Assembly (NCBI GenBank): GCA_937899865.1
Contig: CALBRH010000028.1
Location: 1 to 53,141, forward strand
Direction: 5' to 3'
Source of the DNA: an uncultured euryarchaeote
Lineage (GTDB): Archaea > Thermoplasmatota > Poseidoniia > Poseidoniales > Poseidoniaceae
DNA: 53,141 nt
Made by a program: the position numbers and the translations under genes. The notes under the pieces were generated by a model, which saw only the letters and a program-made list of their open reading frames with translations, was not told where the DNA came from and made no database searches. Positions 8,609 to 18,118 of this stretch are shown here, in pieces. Numbering within the stretch: position 1 is the stretch's first letter; each line of letters starts with the position of its first letter.

Positions 8609-11551
8609 TTATTTCTTGCGCATCGTCGTGAAAAATAGTATCACTAAGCCACAAAATACTGCAACTGCAAGTCCATTTCTAGCAAAGTCTGCCAATGAAG
8701 ATTTTTCTTCTGCATCGGTCACTATTTGTGAATCATTATTAGCATTAGTATCATTTGTTTGACCACTATTATCAAGACTATCACCAGTATTATTCTGCCC
8801 ATCATCATCTACACTATCGGTATTGTTTTGAGTACTATCATCGGTTTCATTATCCGTTGAATTATTATCTGGTAAATCTGTTTCATATTGACATGTGCCA
8901 TCATCCTGATTGGCATTAGCAGCAAAATTCAGCGCCAAGGAATCTGTACAGCCAAGAACAGTTTCGGGAGGATATTCACATGAACCATCGTCCTCAGTAG
9001 CATCAGAGTCAAAATTGGTGGCTGATGAATCGGTACAGCCTAAAACCGTAGTAACATCATCTGAAGGATCTGTAGAATCACTAGAATTAGATAGATGGTT
9101 TACTAAAAATGTATGAGTCAAACCTGAAATTGGGCAATAATGCCATTGAGATGAATTATCATCATCACTACAACTCAATATTGAAGCATTGAAAGTAAGT
9201 GTTACCTCAGTACCATTTGGTATTGTCTCATTGACTGACAATTGCCATGACATATTGTACGAAGAATTAGGGGGTATTAGGTAGAACCATTCGGTGTAGT
9301 CAGGGAAACCTTCTACCAAATCATTGTCTACTGAGCTATTAACTCCCGGGTAATGGAGGTCTTTGTCACAAGTATTTGTCAAATCTAAAGTAATGAAGTA
9401 AGTAGTATTCATTGTGAAATTATTTACGATTAAACAGTGACTATCTTGATCTCTAGGTGGCGGTTGAATTACTGCATCAAGCTCAATTACAGTTACTGAA
9501 TTTGCCGGTATTGAGGTAGTAGTAGAAGAGATGAAAGTGTCACCAAATCTAACAATGTCGCCAGTATCAAATCCATCATAAGTCGTGGCTGGGCCTCGAT
9601 TTAGAATTATCGACATGTTTTGCTCGGAATGAGACATGTCATAGATTAGTAAATCTGGACTCACATAACGAGTTGAATAGGTGCCTTGTTTTAATGCGAT
9701 TGAGTTTGCTCGGAGTTGGCCTAATGCTGAGATATCTTCATACAAGGCACTTTCACGGTCATTCCAATTGTCTGAGTCTCGGTACATGTGCCGATTATCC
9801 GGGTCAGCACCGCCATATTCCCCATACTCGTCACCGTAATACAGTAATGGCGCACCAGGTGTTGTCAACAACCAGCCATAGGCTTGTAAGACTCTTTGGT
9901 AGGTTTCATCGGTACCTGGCTGGCCGGGTAATCCTTGTTCTTGCCATTGATTGTATGCATCTCCAGTCCCTCTATCTGACCTGCTGGCTAAACGCGGAAC
10001 ATCATGGCTGCCGACATATGGCACCATAACTGCACCTGGAACATATTGGTCTTGGCTTCTATTGGTCCAATAATCGAGATGATGGTAATTTCTTGCTTCT
10101 TGAGTGAATACATTATCAACAACTGCATGATACAATACAAAATCTGCTTGGCCATCAAGAGAGTTTTCACCAATGTAGCGATTGATGGTCTCATATTGGA
10201 ACTGATTGTCGGCTAAATTATCGCCAGACCAGCCCATAGCAGTCTCGCCTTTGAGATAATAATCAGTGCCGACGGTCTCAAATCGTTCATTGATTCTAGT
10301 CGCTAAATTAGTTACTGCAAGGTCATCAACGTGTTTTACTGCATCGATTCGAGCACCATCTAAATCAAATTCTTCTAACCACCATAATGCATCTTCAATA
10401 AATTGTTCAGAAGCCTCTCTTACCTTCCAATTTACATCTGGCATGTAAGAAGTGAATTGGCAATCTAAACGATGTTCGGTCCAATCACAATTTTCAGTGC
10501 CGCAAATACAACCTTGGTTGAACCATTCTGGATTGTCTTGGTAATATGTGTGGTCTTGATGGACGTGATTTACCACATAATCCATCATTACTCTAATGCC
10601 AGAATTGTGAGCTGCGTCAATCATTTCTTTGAGTTGATCTGCTGTTCCAAGTCTAGGGTCTACTTCTCTTGCTTCAATTGGCCAATAGCCATGGAACGCA
10701 GACACATCATGAACACCATCGGCGGCGATACCAGTCCCTTGTGCATTGGTATTGAATGGCGTTAACCACAATACATTAACACCAAGATTGGCAAAATAAC
10801 CTGATTCAATTTTCGCAGTAACTCCTTCAAAATCGCCACCCATCCAATCAGCACCTGCAGCAGCACCTGTTGGTTGTCCATCGTTACTGGTATTGCCATT
10901 GATGAAACGGTCGGTCATTATCATGTAGATTAGGGAGTCCTCCCAAGAAAATTCGCTTTGCTGACCAACCCAAAATGGCACCAAATGGTCATATGCTTGA
11001 TTGCCATCAGTATCTGCGATTTCAAGTTTTAACGTATGTTTTCCATCACTCAAAGTCGTCGTATCTAATGTCCATGTCATTGTGGCTGAATCCCATGTCG
11101 CTGCTTCAAGTCCAACTGGGGTGCCATCTGGCCCAGCACCACTAGTTCCTGGCAAGAATGTGATTATTAATTGGTCATTGATTAGTTCACTAGCGAAATT
11201 CGGTCTTGCTGAATCCTTTATCCTAACTACTGAATTCTCAACATTTCCGCAATAGCCTCGATAAGGGTTACTTGTGTCGAAAACGTACTCGCCATCGACA
11301 ATAAATTTGTAACAATAAATTCCTTCATTTAATGCAACTTCTGCTGTCCAAACTCCATTAGTTTCGCTAAGTGTTAATACATCATCCCAATCCCACTCAC
11401 CAACCAATTCTACTGTAGTTGCACTACCGGAGTAAGTAAAAACCGTATTGCCACTAGTATAATCGATACTTGGCCCATCCGCTGAAACAGGAATCATTGG
11501 CAATAATAATACTGTAATGAATAAGGTTGCTATACAAATCTGCTTTTTCAT
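8609..11551 (-). CDS. Secreted, membrane-anchored GH13 alpha-amylase-family hydrolase with an N-terminal CBM48/AMPK-beta-like glycogen-binding module
   Basis: Signal peptide; VELVGEWDW...YCYKFIVDGEYVFD (CBM48-like); GGDFEGV, FHGYW, DYVVNH, DGARIDAVKH, KGE and GSHDVPR catalytic motifs; acidic stalk and C-terminal TM ending RKK. Confidence 0.92.
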   Translation of the reverse strand: MKKQICIATLFITVLLLPMIPVSADGPSIDYTSGNTVFTYSGSATTVELVGEWDWDDVLTLSETNGVWTAEVALNEGIYCYKFIVDGEYVFDTSNPYRGYCGNVENSVVRIKDSARPNFASELINDQLIITFLPGTSGAGPDGTPVGLEAATWDSATMTWTLDTTTLSDGKHTLKLEIADTDGNQAYDHLVPFWVGQQSEFSWEDSLIYMIMTDRFINGNTSNDGQPTGAAAGADWMGGDFEGVTAKIESGYFANLGVNVLWLTPFNTNAQGTGIAADGVHDVSAFHGYWPIEAREVDPRLGTADQLKEMIDAAHNSGIRVMMDYVVNHVHQDHTYYQDNPEWFNQGCICGTENCDWTEHRLDCQFTSYMPDVNWKVREASEQFIEDALWWLEEFDLDGARIDAVKHVDDLAVTNLATRINERFETVGTDYYLKGETAMGWSGDNLADNQFQYETINRYIGENSLDGQADFVLYHAVVDNVFTQEARNYHHLDYWTNRSQDQYVPGAVMVPYVGSHDVPRLASRSDRGTGDAYNQWQEQGLPGQPGTDETYQRVLQAYGWLLTTPGAPLLYYGDEYGEYGGADPDNRHMYRDSDNWNDRESALYEDISALGQLRANSIALKQGTYSTRYVSPDLLIYDMSHSEQNMSIILNRGPATTYDGFDTGDIVRFGDTFISSTTTSIPANSVTVIELDAVIQPPPRDQDSHCLIVNNFTMNTTYFITLDLTNTCDKDLHYPGVNSSVDNDLVEGFPDYTEWFYLIPPNSSYNMSWQLSVNETIPNGTEVTLTFNASILSCSDDDNSSQWHYCPISGLTHTFLVNHLSNSSDSTDPSDDVTTVLGCTDSSATNFDSDATEDDGSCEYPPETVLGCTDSLALNFAANANQDDGTCQYETDLPDNNSTDNETDDSTQNNTDSVDDDGQNNTGDSLDNSGQTNDTNANNDSQIVTDAEEKSSLADFARNGLAVAVFCGLVILFFTTMRKK
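8885..9050 (-). repeat. Two Cys-containing repeats in the GH13 stalk
   Basis: VLGCTDSSATNFDSDATEDDGSCEY and VLGCTDSLALNFAANANQDDGTCQY. Confidence 0.85.
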
Positions 11552-12336
11552 TTTGTCACCTCATGGTCTTTCTTGAATAGGTTGTTTGCGGTATTTACCA
11601 AATCATCTATGTGATCACAAAGGAAACTCTTGACAAAGTCATTCGCTGGATTATGATAAGCATTCAATGGCTCATCGTGCTGTTGTAGAACTCCTTTATC
11701 TAAGATTGCAATACGATCTGCTAAAGTCATAGCTTCAATTTGGTCGTGTGTTACATAAATTGTCGTAGTGCCAAGTTCGTCATGTAATTTTCTAATTTCA
11801 TTACGCATTTGATGTCTAAGTTCGGCATCAAGGTTAGACAGCGGTTCATCCATAAGTAGCACCTTTGGCCTTCTAACCAATGCTCGACCAAGTGCAACTC
11901 TTTGCCTTTGTCCGCCGCTCAATTCTTTTGGTTTCTTATCTAAATGCTCAACTAAATCAAGCATCTCTGCGGCTTCTTGAATTCTTTGTTTAATCTCATC
12001 TCCAGTCAATTTTGCATCGCCTTTAGCCATCCTTAGTCCGAAGGAAAGATTGTCAGCAATCGTCATATGCGGATAAAGTGCATAGGATTGGAATACCATG
12101 CCAAGACCGCGCGCACCTGGGGGGAGGTGATTCACTGTAACGCCATCGATTTGAATTTCTCCATGGGTTACTTCTTCCAATCCAGCAAGCATGCGAAGCG
12201 TAGTAGACTTGCCACAGCCAGAAGGCCCCAGCAAGACTAGAAATTCTCCATCTTTCACTTCTAAATCTAATCCACTTACGGCCACAAAGCCATCATCATA
12301 TTTCTTCGATACAGTATTATAATTTACACTAACCAT
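11548..12336 (-). CDS. malK: Sugar ABC transporter ATP-binding subunit (MalK/MsmX family), short form
   Basis: GPSGCGKST, MVFQSYALYPHMT, LSGGQRQR, LLMDEPLSNLD and YVTHDQIEAMT. Overlaps the GH13 start (ATGA-type overlap). Confidence 0.95.
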   Translation of the reverse strand: MVSVNYNTVSKKYDDGFVAVSGLDLEVKDGEFLVLLGPSGCGKSTTLRMLAGLEEVTHGEIQIDGVTVNHLPPGARGLGMVFQSYALYPHMTIADNLSFGLRMAKGDAKLTGDEIKQRIQEAAEMLDLVEHLDKKPKELSGGQRQRVALGRALVRRPKVLLMDEPLSNLDAELRHQMRNEIRKLHDELGTTTIYVTHDQIEAMTLADRIAILDKGVLQQHDEPLNAYHNPANDFVKSFLCDHIDDLVNTANNLFKKDHEVTK

Positions 12337-12340
12337 AGTA

Positions 12341-13588
12341 TCACCCCTTTACCCCTCCAGCTGCAAGCCCTTCTATCAAGAACTTCTGGAAGAATAGGAA
12401 TAGTAGCGCTACTGGCAGACTGACCAAAATACTGGCTGCCGCAAAGTCGCCCCATGCTTGCCCAGTAGCAGAAATCAATGAAGCAAGACCTACTGGGAGA
12501 GTATACATGTCATTTGAGGTATTGAAAGTAAGGGCAAGAAGGAATTCATTCCATGCCGCGAGGAAACTGAACAATGCTGTTACCGCAACTGCAGGCAGCG
12601 ATAATGGCAAGACTACTTTAGTGAAAACTTGGAATTGATTGCACCCATCAAGAGTTGCTGCTTCTTCTAATTCACGCGGTACAGTATCAAAGAATCCTTT
12701 GAGCATCCAAACACAAAGTGGTAGTGCAGTCACACAGTATGCTAGTATCAAACCAAGATGTGAATTAAGTAATCCAAGAGTTTTCATAACCAAGAAATAA
12801 GGTACCAAAATAATGATTCCTGGGAACATTTGAACAAGTAAGAAGGCAAACATAGAAACATCTCTACCGGTAAACTTGTACCTACTGAAAGCATATCCAG
12901 CAGGTATTGCGATCACTAAACCAAGTAGACTGGTTCCAATTGAGACTATGAGTGAATTCCTGAACCAAATCCAAAATGATTCGCCTTCGAGTATTTTACT
13001 AAAATGCTCGCCACTAAATGAATCGCCAATTTCGCCACCAAGTGCATTTCCTGGAGAAACCGCAATATCAAAAATCCAGATTATTGGAATCAATGTAATG
13101 ACTACGAAATGAAGCAGTGTAATGTGCGAGCCGATTTTTTGATGGCGCTTTTGTGCGTTGAAATTGCGTTTTAGTCCATACTCTATGGCTGAAATCGATA
13201 ATTCTCTTGTTGCCCACACTGACACTGCGCGACTGGATAGCCATAGTAATGACAAGACGCCGGGGGCAATCATCCACAAATTAAGCCAAAAATTAAACAG
13301 CGAAATAGGCATCAAAATTAACCGGTAAATACCTAATGAAATTATCACTGAACTTATCAACAATGCAATATTCCTTTGTTGAATATTATTTGGTTCCGGT
13401 AGAGATGCTCTTAATGCAGCAATTGATGCGCAGCCAATAAAACCAATCAGCAATAGTTGGTCATCGCCGCGTAGATAGTCAAATGTAAGCAAGAGAATAT
13501 TCACTATAGTTGCAACAACTAACCATGAACGTAATGTCAGCACCTCGACCGGAGTATACCAGGCTCGTATTATTCGCTCATTAATCAT
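12341..13588 (-). CDS. malG: Sugar ABC transporter permease, MalG-like, with an N-terminal hydrophobic extension
   Basis: WFRNSLIVS, AGYAFSRYKFTGR, EEAATLDGC (EAA loop) and AWNEFLLA. Start set to ATG 13588, which overlaps the upstream stop as ATGA. Confidence 0.92.
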   Translation of the reverse strand: MINERIIRAWYTPVEVLTLRSWLVVATIVNILLLTFDYLRGDDQLLLIGFIGCASIAALRASLPEPNNIQQRNIALLISSVIISLGIYRLILMPISLFNFWLNLWMIAPGVLSLLWLSSRAVSVWATRELSISAIEYGLKRNFNAQKRHQKIGSHITLLHFVVITLIPIIWIFDIAVSPGNALGGEIGDSFSGEHFSKILEGESFWIWFRNSLIVSIGTSLLGLVIAIPAGYAFSRYKFTGRDVSMFAFLLVQMFPGIIILVPYFLVMKTLGLLNSHLGLILAYCVTALPLCVWMLKGFFDTVPRELEEAATLDGCNQFQVFTKVVLPLSLPAVAVTALFSFLAAWNEFLLALTFNTSNDMYTLPVGLASLISATGQAWGDFAAASILVSLPVALLFLFFQKFLIEGLAAGGVKG

Positions 13589-16209
13589 ACAGCGGCCTCC
13601 GTTGCATTGGTTTGTTTCATGTAAGTCCAAGAGAAAGCGAGTAGCATTAGGAAAATTATTACTGACCAAGCTGCTGCTACCCCATAAGCACCATCTCTAA
13701 ATGCGACATCGTAAACATAGGTAATCAAAATATCAGTTTGGCCAGGTTCACCAAAATACAAATCCGGACCGCCATCAGTCATGAGATAAATTACATTGAA
13801 CATGTTGAATGTCCAAATAAATCCTAGTAGAGAAAGTGGCACTAAGGCGCTTTTTAAGTTCGGGAAGGTAAGATAGAGGAACGCATCCCAACCAGTTACA
13901 CCATCAATTTTTGCAGCTTCATACATATCCTTTGGAAGTGCTTGAAGCGCCCCACTAATCGACATCATCATGAAAGGAATACCAAGCCAAATGTTGACCA
14001 AAATTACAATTATTTGCGCACCGGTTGGATCTGAAAGGAAGTTAATATCAGTACCAAGTAGATCATTGATTAAACCATCTGGTTGAAACATTCCTTTCCA
14101 AACCAATACAGAGATGTAAGATGGCACTGCCCACGGGAGTAATAGAATTGTACGATAAGCTGTTTTGCCCTTGATATTAGCGCGTTGTAGCACCAATGCC
14201 AAAAACAAGCCTAAGCCAATATGTGCGCTAACGTTAACAACTGTCCAAACCAGTGTGAAAATAGTTACACGAATGAAACCTGAAGCAGTGATTACATCCC
14301 AGAAATTAGATAATCCGATGAAGGCTTGTTCTCCAAGATGGGTTTGGTCAGCATCAGTAAAAGATAACCAGAAACCATACATTACAGGATAGAAGGTCAG
14401 CACAGCAAGTGCTAGCATTGCTGGTGCGATATAGAAATGAGCAAGACGAGAATTGGTTCTACCGAGTTGCCCATCTCGATACCGCGCGTAACTTAGTAAT
14501 GCGATTAAAGAAAGTACGATAGCACCGATAGCAAACATGACCGGAGAGGTGTCGCCTGAATCTGGGCGTTCATCACTTACTCCAGTCAAGTCTTCAACAC
14601 TGAACAATAAGATAGAGTCAGCATAGACCTCAATATTGTGAAGTTTGTTCGGTATCATGCCAGTAAGATAGCATTCTATTTCTTGTGCCCCGGATGGTAG
14701 CAATCTTGTTTGCCCAAACTGCTGCATTTCAACGCCGTCTGCAGTACAATTATCATAACCAGCTGATGGCTTCCCTTGGCCATTATCTGTAATGATTTCA
14801 CTATGTAATTCTCCATCAAAGTAAATTGAATAATTTTCTGAACCATCGGTCGTGATATTGACTTGAATGGTTCTATATCCTACATTTGGCTCAATCGCAT
14901 CGGCTCTCTGAAGATTTTCGATTAGAGAAATCAGTTCATCATTAGCGTCTGAAAGCGCGTCGGATGTTGAGGCTGTTTCGGTATATGCTTGTTCAAATGC
15001 AGTTGAGAGCGGCCCGTATACCAAGGACATTGCACGAGTTGTAGGAGCAGGGGTCGCTACCTTAGTTTGTTCAAGGAATCCTGCAATTACCTCATCGCCA
15101 AGTATCTCTTCATCGGTTTCAAGTTGTGAATGAGTTGGCATAGTATAGGTCTCAAGTGCAAATTCTTTCTGAACAGATGCTGAAGATAACCACAACGCAA
15201 GTTCTGTTGCGGCAACCTTGTGAGCGCTTTGCTTACTGACTGTCCAACCTTTATAGGTGACAAGTGGTGACATACGCTCACCAGTTTCGCTAACTGTTGG
15301 CAGCAGAGTTTGCCCAATATTCAATCGGCTATCCTCATAGGTTGCCCAATTCCAAGGACCATCAACGATCATTGCTGCCTTTGAAGTAATGAATTGATTC
15401 TTCATCCCTTCGATTTGAGTACCTGTTGCTACAACTTCATGTTCTAACTCTAAATCTAACATCCAACGCATAGATTCGCTTGAACCATTGGAATCAAGTG
15501 TTGGATTGCCGTTTTCATCGAATAATGAACCACCAAATCCTTCTTGAATTGGGAACCACCAATATGCAGTTTTAATTGGTAATGCCAAACCTTGAACATC
15601 TTGCTGGGTCAATTGTTGTGCTGCTGCTAACAAGTCTTGTTCTGTCCATGTTTCATCGGGGTAATCTAAGCCTTCAGCATCAAATAATGCTTTATTGAAA
15701 ATTAGTGACAGACAATCTTGACTCGCTGGTATGCCGTACAATTCATCCCCATAGCGCATCGATTCTAGAGCGCGCGATTCAAATTGAGCGCGGTCTTGTG
15801 GAGTCAAATGTGGCCGCAGATCTTCGAGTAGGGGGAATCCGTTCACTCTAACTTCACCAATTGCCCCTAATTGATCACTGGAGAGGCGCATCAAATCTGG
15901 AGCCTCCCCCCCTTGGGCAGCGGTCATGAATAATTGGTCGGCATTAGCGAAAGGAACAAGGGTAATCTCAACTGTAATATTGGGGTTCGCTGCTTCAAAA
16001 TCTCTAACTGCGTTGGTGAAAGTAACTTCCTCCTTGCTTTCAGCGGCGAAGGTATGCCATACTTCGATGGTTATTGGGCCATCTTCGGATGAACTATAAG
16101 TTGTATCTTCGCTACCAAAATCTAAACATCCTGGTGAAATAAATGCAATTATCAAAATTAATACAAGGCCCCCACGTTTTGAAGATGACTTGGAGGGGGC
16201 TCCGAGCAT
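13585..16209 (-). CDS. Fused maltodextrin-type solute-binding protein plus MalF-like permease
   Basis: Signal and lipobox (FISPGC); family-1 SBP motifs (IEVWH, GEAPDLM, LYGIP, LIFNKALF, AAMIVDGPW) over aa ~28-433; beta-rich linker; then MalF core (FYPVMYGFWLSFT, FIGLSNF, LLPWAVP, YEAAKIDG, FNMFNVIYLMT). One uninterrupted ORF. Confidence 0.92.
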   Translation of the reverse strand: MLGAPSKSSSKRGGLVLILIIAFISPGCLDFGSEDTTYSSSEDGPITIEVWHTFAAESKEEVTFTNAVRDFEAANPNITVEITLVPFANADQLFMTAAQGGEAPDLMRLSSDQLGAIGEVRVNGFPLLEDLRPHLTPQDRAQFESRALESMRYGDELYGIPASQDCLSLIFNKALFDAEGLDYPDETWTEQDLLAAAQQLTQQDVQGLALPIKTAYWWFPIQEGFGGSLFDENGNPTLDSNGSSESMRWMLDLELEHEVVATGTQIEGMKNQFITSKAAMIVDGPWNWATYEDSRLNIGQTLLPTVSETGERMSPLVTYKGWTVSKQSAHKVAATELALWLSSASVQKEFALETYTMPTHSQLETDEEILGDEVIAGFLEQTKVATPAPTTRAMSLVYGPLSTAFEQAYTETASTSDALSDANDELISLIENLQRADAIEPNVGYRTIQVNITTDGSENYSIYFDGELHSEIITDNGQGKPSAGYDNCTADGVEMQQFGQTRLLPSGAQEIECYLTGMIPNKLHNIEVYADSILLFSVEDLTGVSDERPDSGDTSPVMFAIGAIVLSLIALLSYARYRDGQLGRTNSRLAHFYIAPAMLALAVLTFYPVMYGFWLSFTDADQTHLGEQAFIGLSNFWDVITASGFIRVTIFTLVWTVVNVSAHIGLGLFLALVLQRANIKGKTAYRTILLLPWAVPSYISVLVWKGMFQPDGLINDLLGTDINFLSDPTGAQIIVILVNIWLGIPFMMMSISGALQALPKDMYEAAKIDGVTGWDAFLYLTFPNLKSALVPLSLLGFIWTFNMFNVIYLMTDGGPDLYFGEPGQTDILITYVYDVAFRDGAYGVAAAWSVIIFLMLLAFSWTYMKQTNATEAAV

Positions 16210-16251
16210 GGTTAGGCGTCGAAACCGGTTTAATAAAAGAGATTGGGGAAA

Positions 16252-16953
16252 TTATTCATTCTTTTGCCTTAAGGCTTCCACTGCTAGAACGCTCACTGCT
16301 ACTTGTAAATTGTATGATGGTACAAAACCGTCCATTGGCAATTTGACTATAAAATCGGCTTTGTCGAGGGTTTCTTGGCTTACTCCCTCTCGCTCAGCAC
16401 CGACGACCAGCAGGGTATTGCCAGTCATGTCAACCTCCCATGGTCCTCTATCTCCGACATCTTCAGCAGCAATAATTGTTAGATTGTATTGCTTAGCTTT
16501 GGCTATAATTTCCTCAGTATTGCTGTAAATTACTGGAATGAATCGGTCTGCACGCATACTTGCGCGACGAATTGTTCGGCGCTCTTCGTGAGTTTTTGCC
16601 ACATTGAGTACTACGCCATCAGCTCCGCTTACTTCTGCCGTTCTAATGGCAAATCCTAGATTGGTTGAGTAAGTTACTCCGTCGAAAAACCAAATTGTGC
16701 CGCCCTTTTCCATCAACTCATCGATAGATTTTGTTTGAAACCGACCAGTCAAGGCCAATGCATCAACATGTCCTTCGGCAGACATACGCCAAAGATCATT
16801 GGTTGAGCCTTCCTCAAGTGGAATGTTTTGCTGTTCACATAATTCTCTAATCGCAGTTGTGTCTTTTTCCCTATCAACCAACACTCTGTCGATTTGTTGG
16901 CCGCTCAATAGTGCTTGATACACCGCTTCAGCACCTGTGATTTGTCCGGCCAT
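16252..16953 (-). CDS. TrmH/SpoU-family (SPOUT) RNA 2'-O-methyltransferase
   Basis: NLGFAIRTAEVSG, LLVVGAEREGVS and LPMDGFVPSYNLQVA motifs. Start moved to ATG 16953. Confidence 0.9.
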   Translation of the reverse strand: MAGQITGAEAVYQALLSGQQIDRVLVDREKDTTAIRELCEQQNIPLEEGSTNDLWRMSAEGHVDALALTGRFQTKSIDELMEKGGTIWFFDGVTYSTNLGFAIRTAEVSGADGVVLNVAKTHEERRTIRRASMRADRFIPVIYSNTEEIIAKAKQYNLTIIAAEDVGDRGPWEVDMTGNTLLVVGAEREGVSQETLDKADFIVKLPMDGFVPSYNLQVAVSVLAVEALRQKNE

Positions 16954-17003
16954 GATGCTGTGTTGAGCATTACCCTCATGAGCCTGTCCACTATGGCAAA
17001 GCC

Positions 17004-17372
17004 ATGGCGAAAAAGCACAGCCCGCGTTTTCTTGCAATTGTCGAAGATGCAAGAGCAAAAATCAGTGAGTGTTCAGCAAGCGAATTATCTACATTGGTTT
17101 CTGAAGGAGCAGTTGTAATCGACGTTAGGGAACAACATGAGTTTGAAGCAGGGCATTTTGCTGAAGCAATTCATATTGGCAAGGGAGTACTGGAAAGAGA
17201 TATTGAAAAACATGAAATCGATACTACACAGAAAATCATTCTATATTGTGGAGGGGGGTTTCGTAGTGCAATCGCGGCAAAATCACTTCAGGACATGGGT
17301 TATGAGGATGTAGTCTCATTATGGGGCGGTTGGCGAGGAATCTTGGCCGAAGGTCTTGAAACTACAAAATAG
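17004..17372 (+). CDS. Single-domain rhodanese-like sulfurtransferase
   Basis: VIDVREQHEFEAGH..EAIHI; active loop ILYCGGGFRS; LWGGWRG. Confidence 0.92.
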   Translation: MAKKHSPRFLAIVEDARAKISECSASELSTLVSEGAVVIDVREQHEFEAGHFAEAIHIGKGVLERDIEKHEIDTTQKIILYCGGGFRSAIAAKSLQDMGYEDVVSLWGGWRGILAEGLETTK

Positions 17373-17463
17373 CGTCATTTTTCTATAACCTTTCGCGCAG
17401 TATCGCGAAGGTAGACTCATAAAGGGGAGTTTTGTCGGCCAAGTGCTGAGAAGCGGTGATAAC

Positions 17464-18066
17464 ATGGCTCAAGGACTCTATCAACACGTTCGTGCAACTT
17501 GGAAGCGCCCTAAGGATGTCCTGCCACACATGTATCGCCAAGCTCGTATGGCGCAGTGGAGAAGGGAGCCAGTTAACTGTAAAATTGACCGCCCTACTCG
17601 CTTGGATGCTGCTCGAAGAATGGGTTACAAAGCAAAGCAAGGCGTAGTACTTGTCAGAACTCGCGTTCGCCGAGGTGGACTTAGAAAGGGCAAGATTCAC
17701 ATGAAGAGAAAGCCATCCAAGTCTGGTATCTCCAAAATTACTATGGCTAAGAATACCCAGAGAATCGCTGAAGAGCGTGTTGCTCGTCACTTCCCTAACC
17801 TAGAAGTGCTAAACTCATACTGGGTTGGACAAGATGGTAAACACAAGTACTTCGAAGTAATCATGATCGATACACACCATCCTGCTATCATCAACGATAA
17901 GCAACTAGGTGTCTTCTGTTCCGCTAACGGTAACAGCGCTCACAAGGGCCGTGTATACCGTGGTAAGACCTCTGCTGGTAAGCGAGGTCGTGGTCTGCAC
18001 AACAAAGGTAAGGGCGCAGAGAAACTACGTCCTTCTCTAAAGGCTAACCAAAATCGTGGCAAGTAA
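17464..18066 (+). CDS. rpl15e: 50S ribosomal protein L15e
   Basis: WRREP...IDRPTRLDAARRMGYKAKQGVV, AEERVARHFPNLEVLNSYWVGQDGKHKYFEVIMID and GRVYRGKTSAG. Start at ATG 17464. Confidence 0.98.
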   Translation: MAQGLYQHVRATWKRPKDVLPHMYRQARMAQWRREPVNCKIDRPTRLDAARRMGYKAKQGVVLVRTRVRRGGLRKGKIHMKRKPSKSGISKITMAKNTQRIAEERVARHFPNLEVLNSYWVGQDGKHKYFEVIMIDTHHPAIINDKQLGVFCSANGNSAHKGRVYRGKTSAGKRGRGLHNKGKGAEKLRPSLKANQNRGK

Positions 18067-18118
18067 GTTAACAACTTTCTTTGCAAACGCTGATTGTATT
18101 CTATAATTGCCTTAGTTA

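Noticed and set aside
17383-17790. 135-aa - strand ORF
   Set aside because: Antisense to rpl15e.
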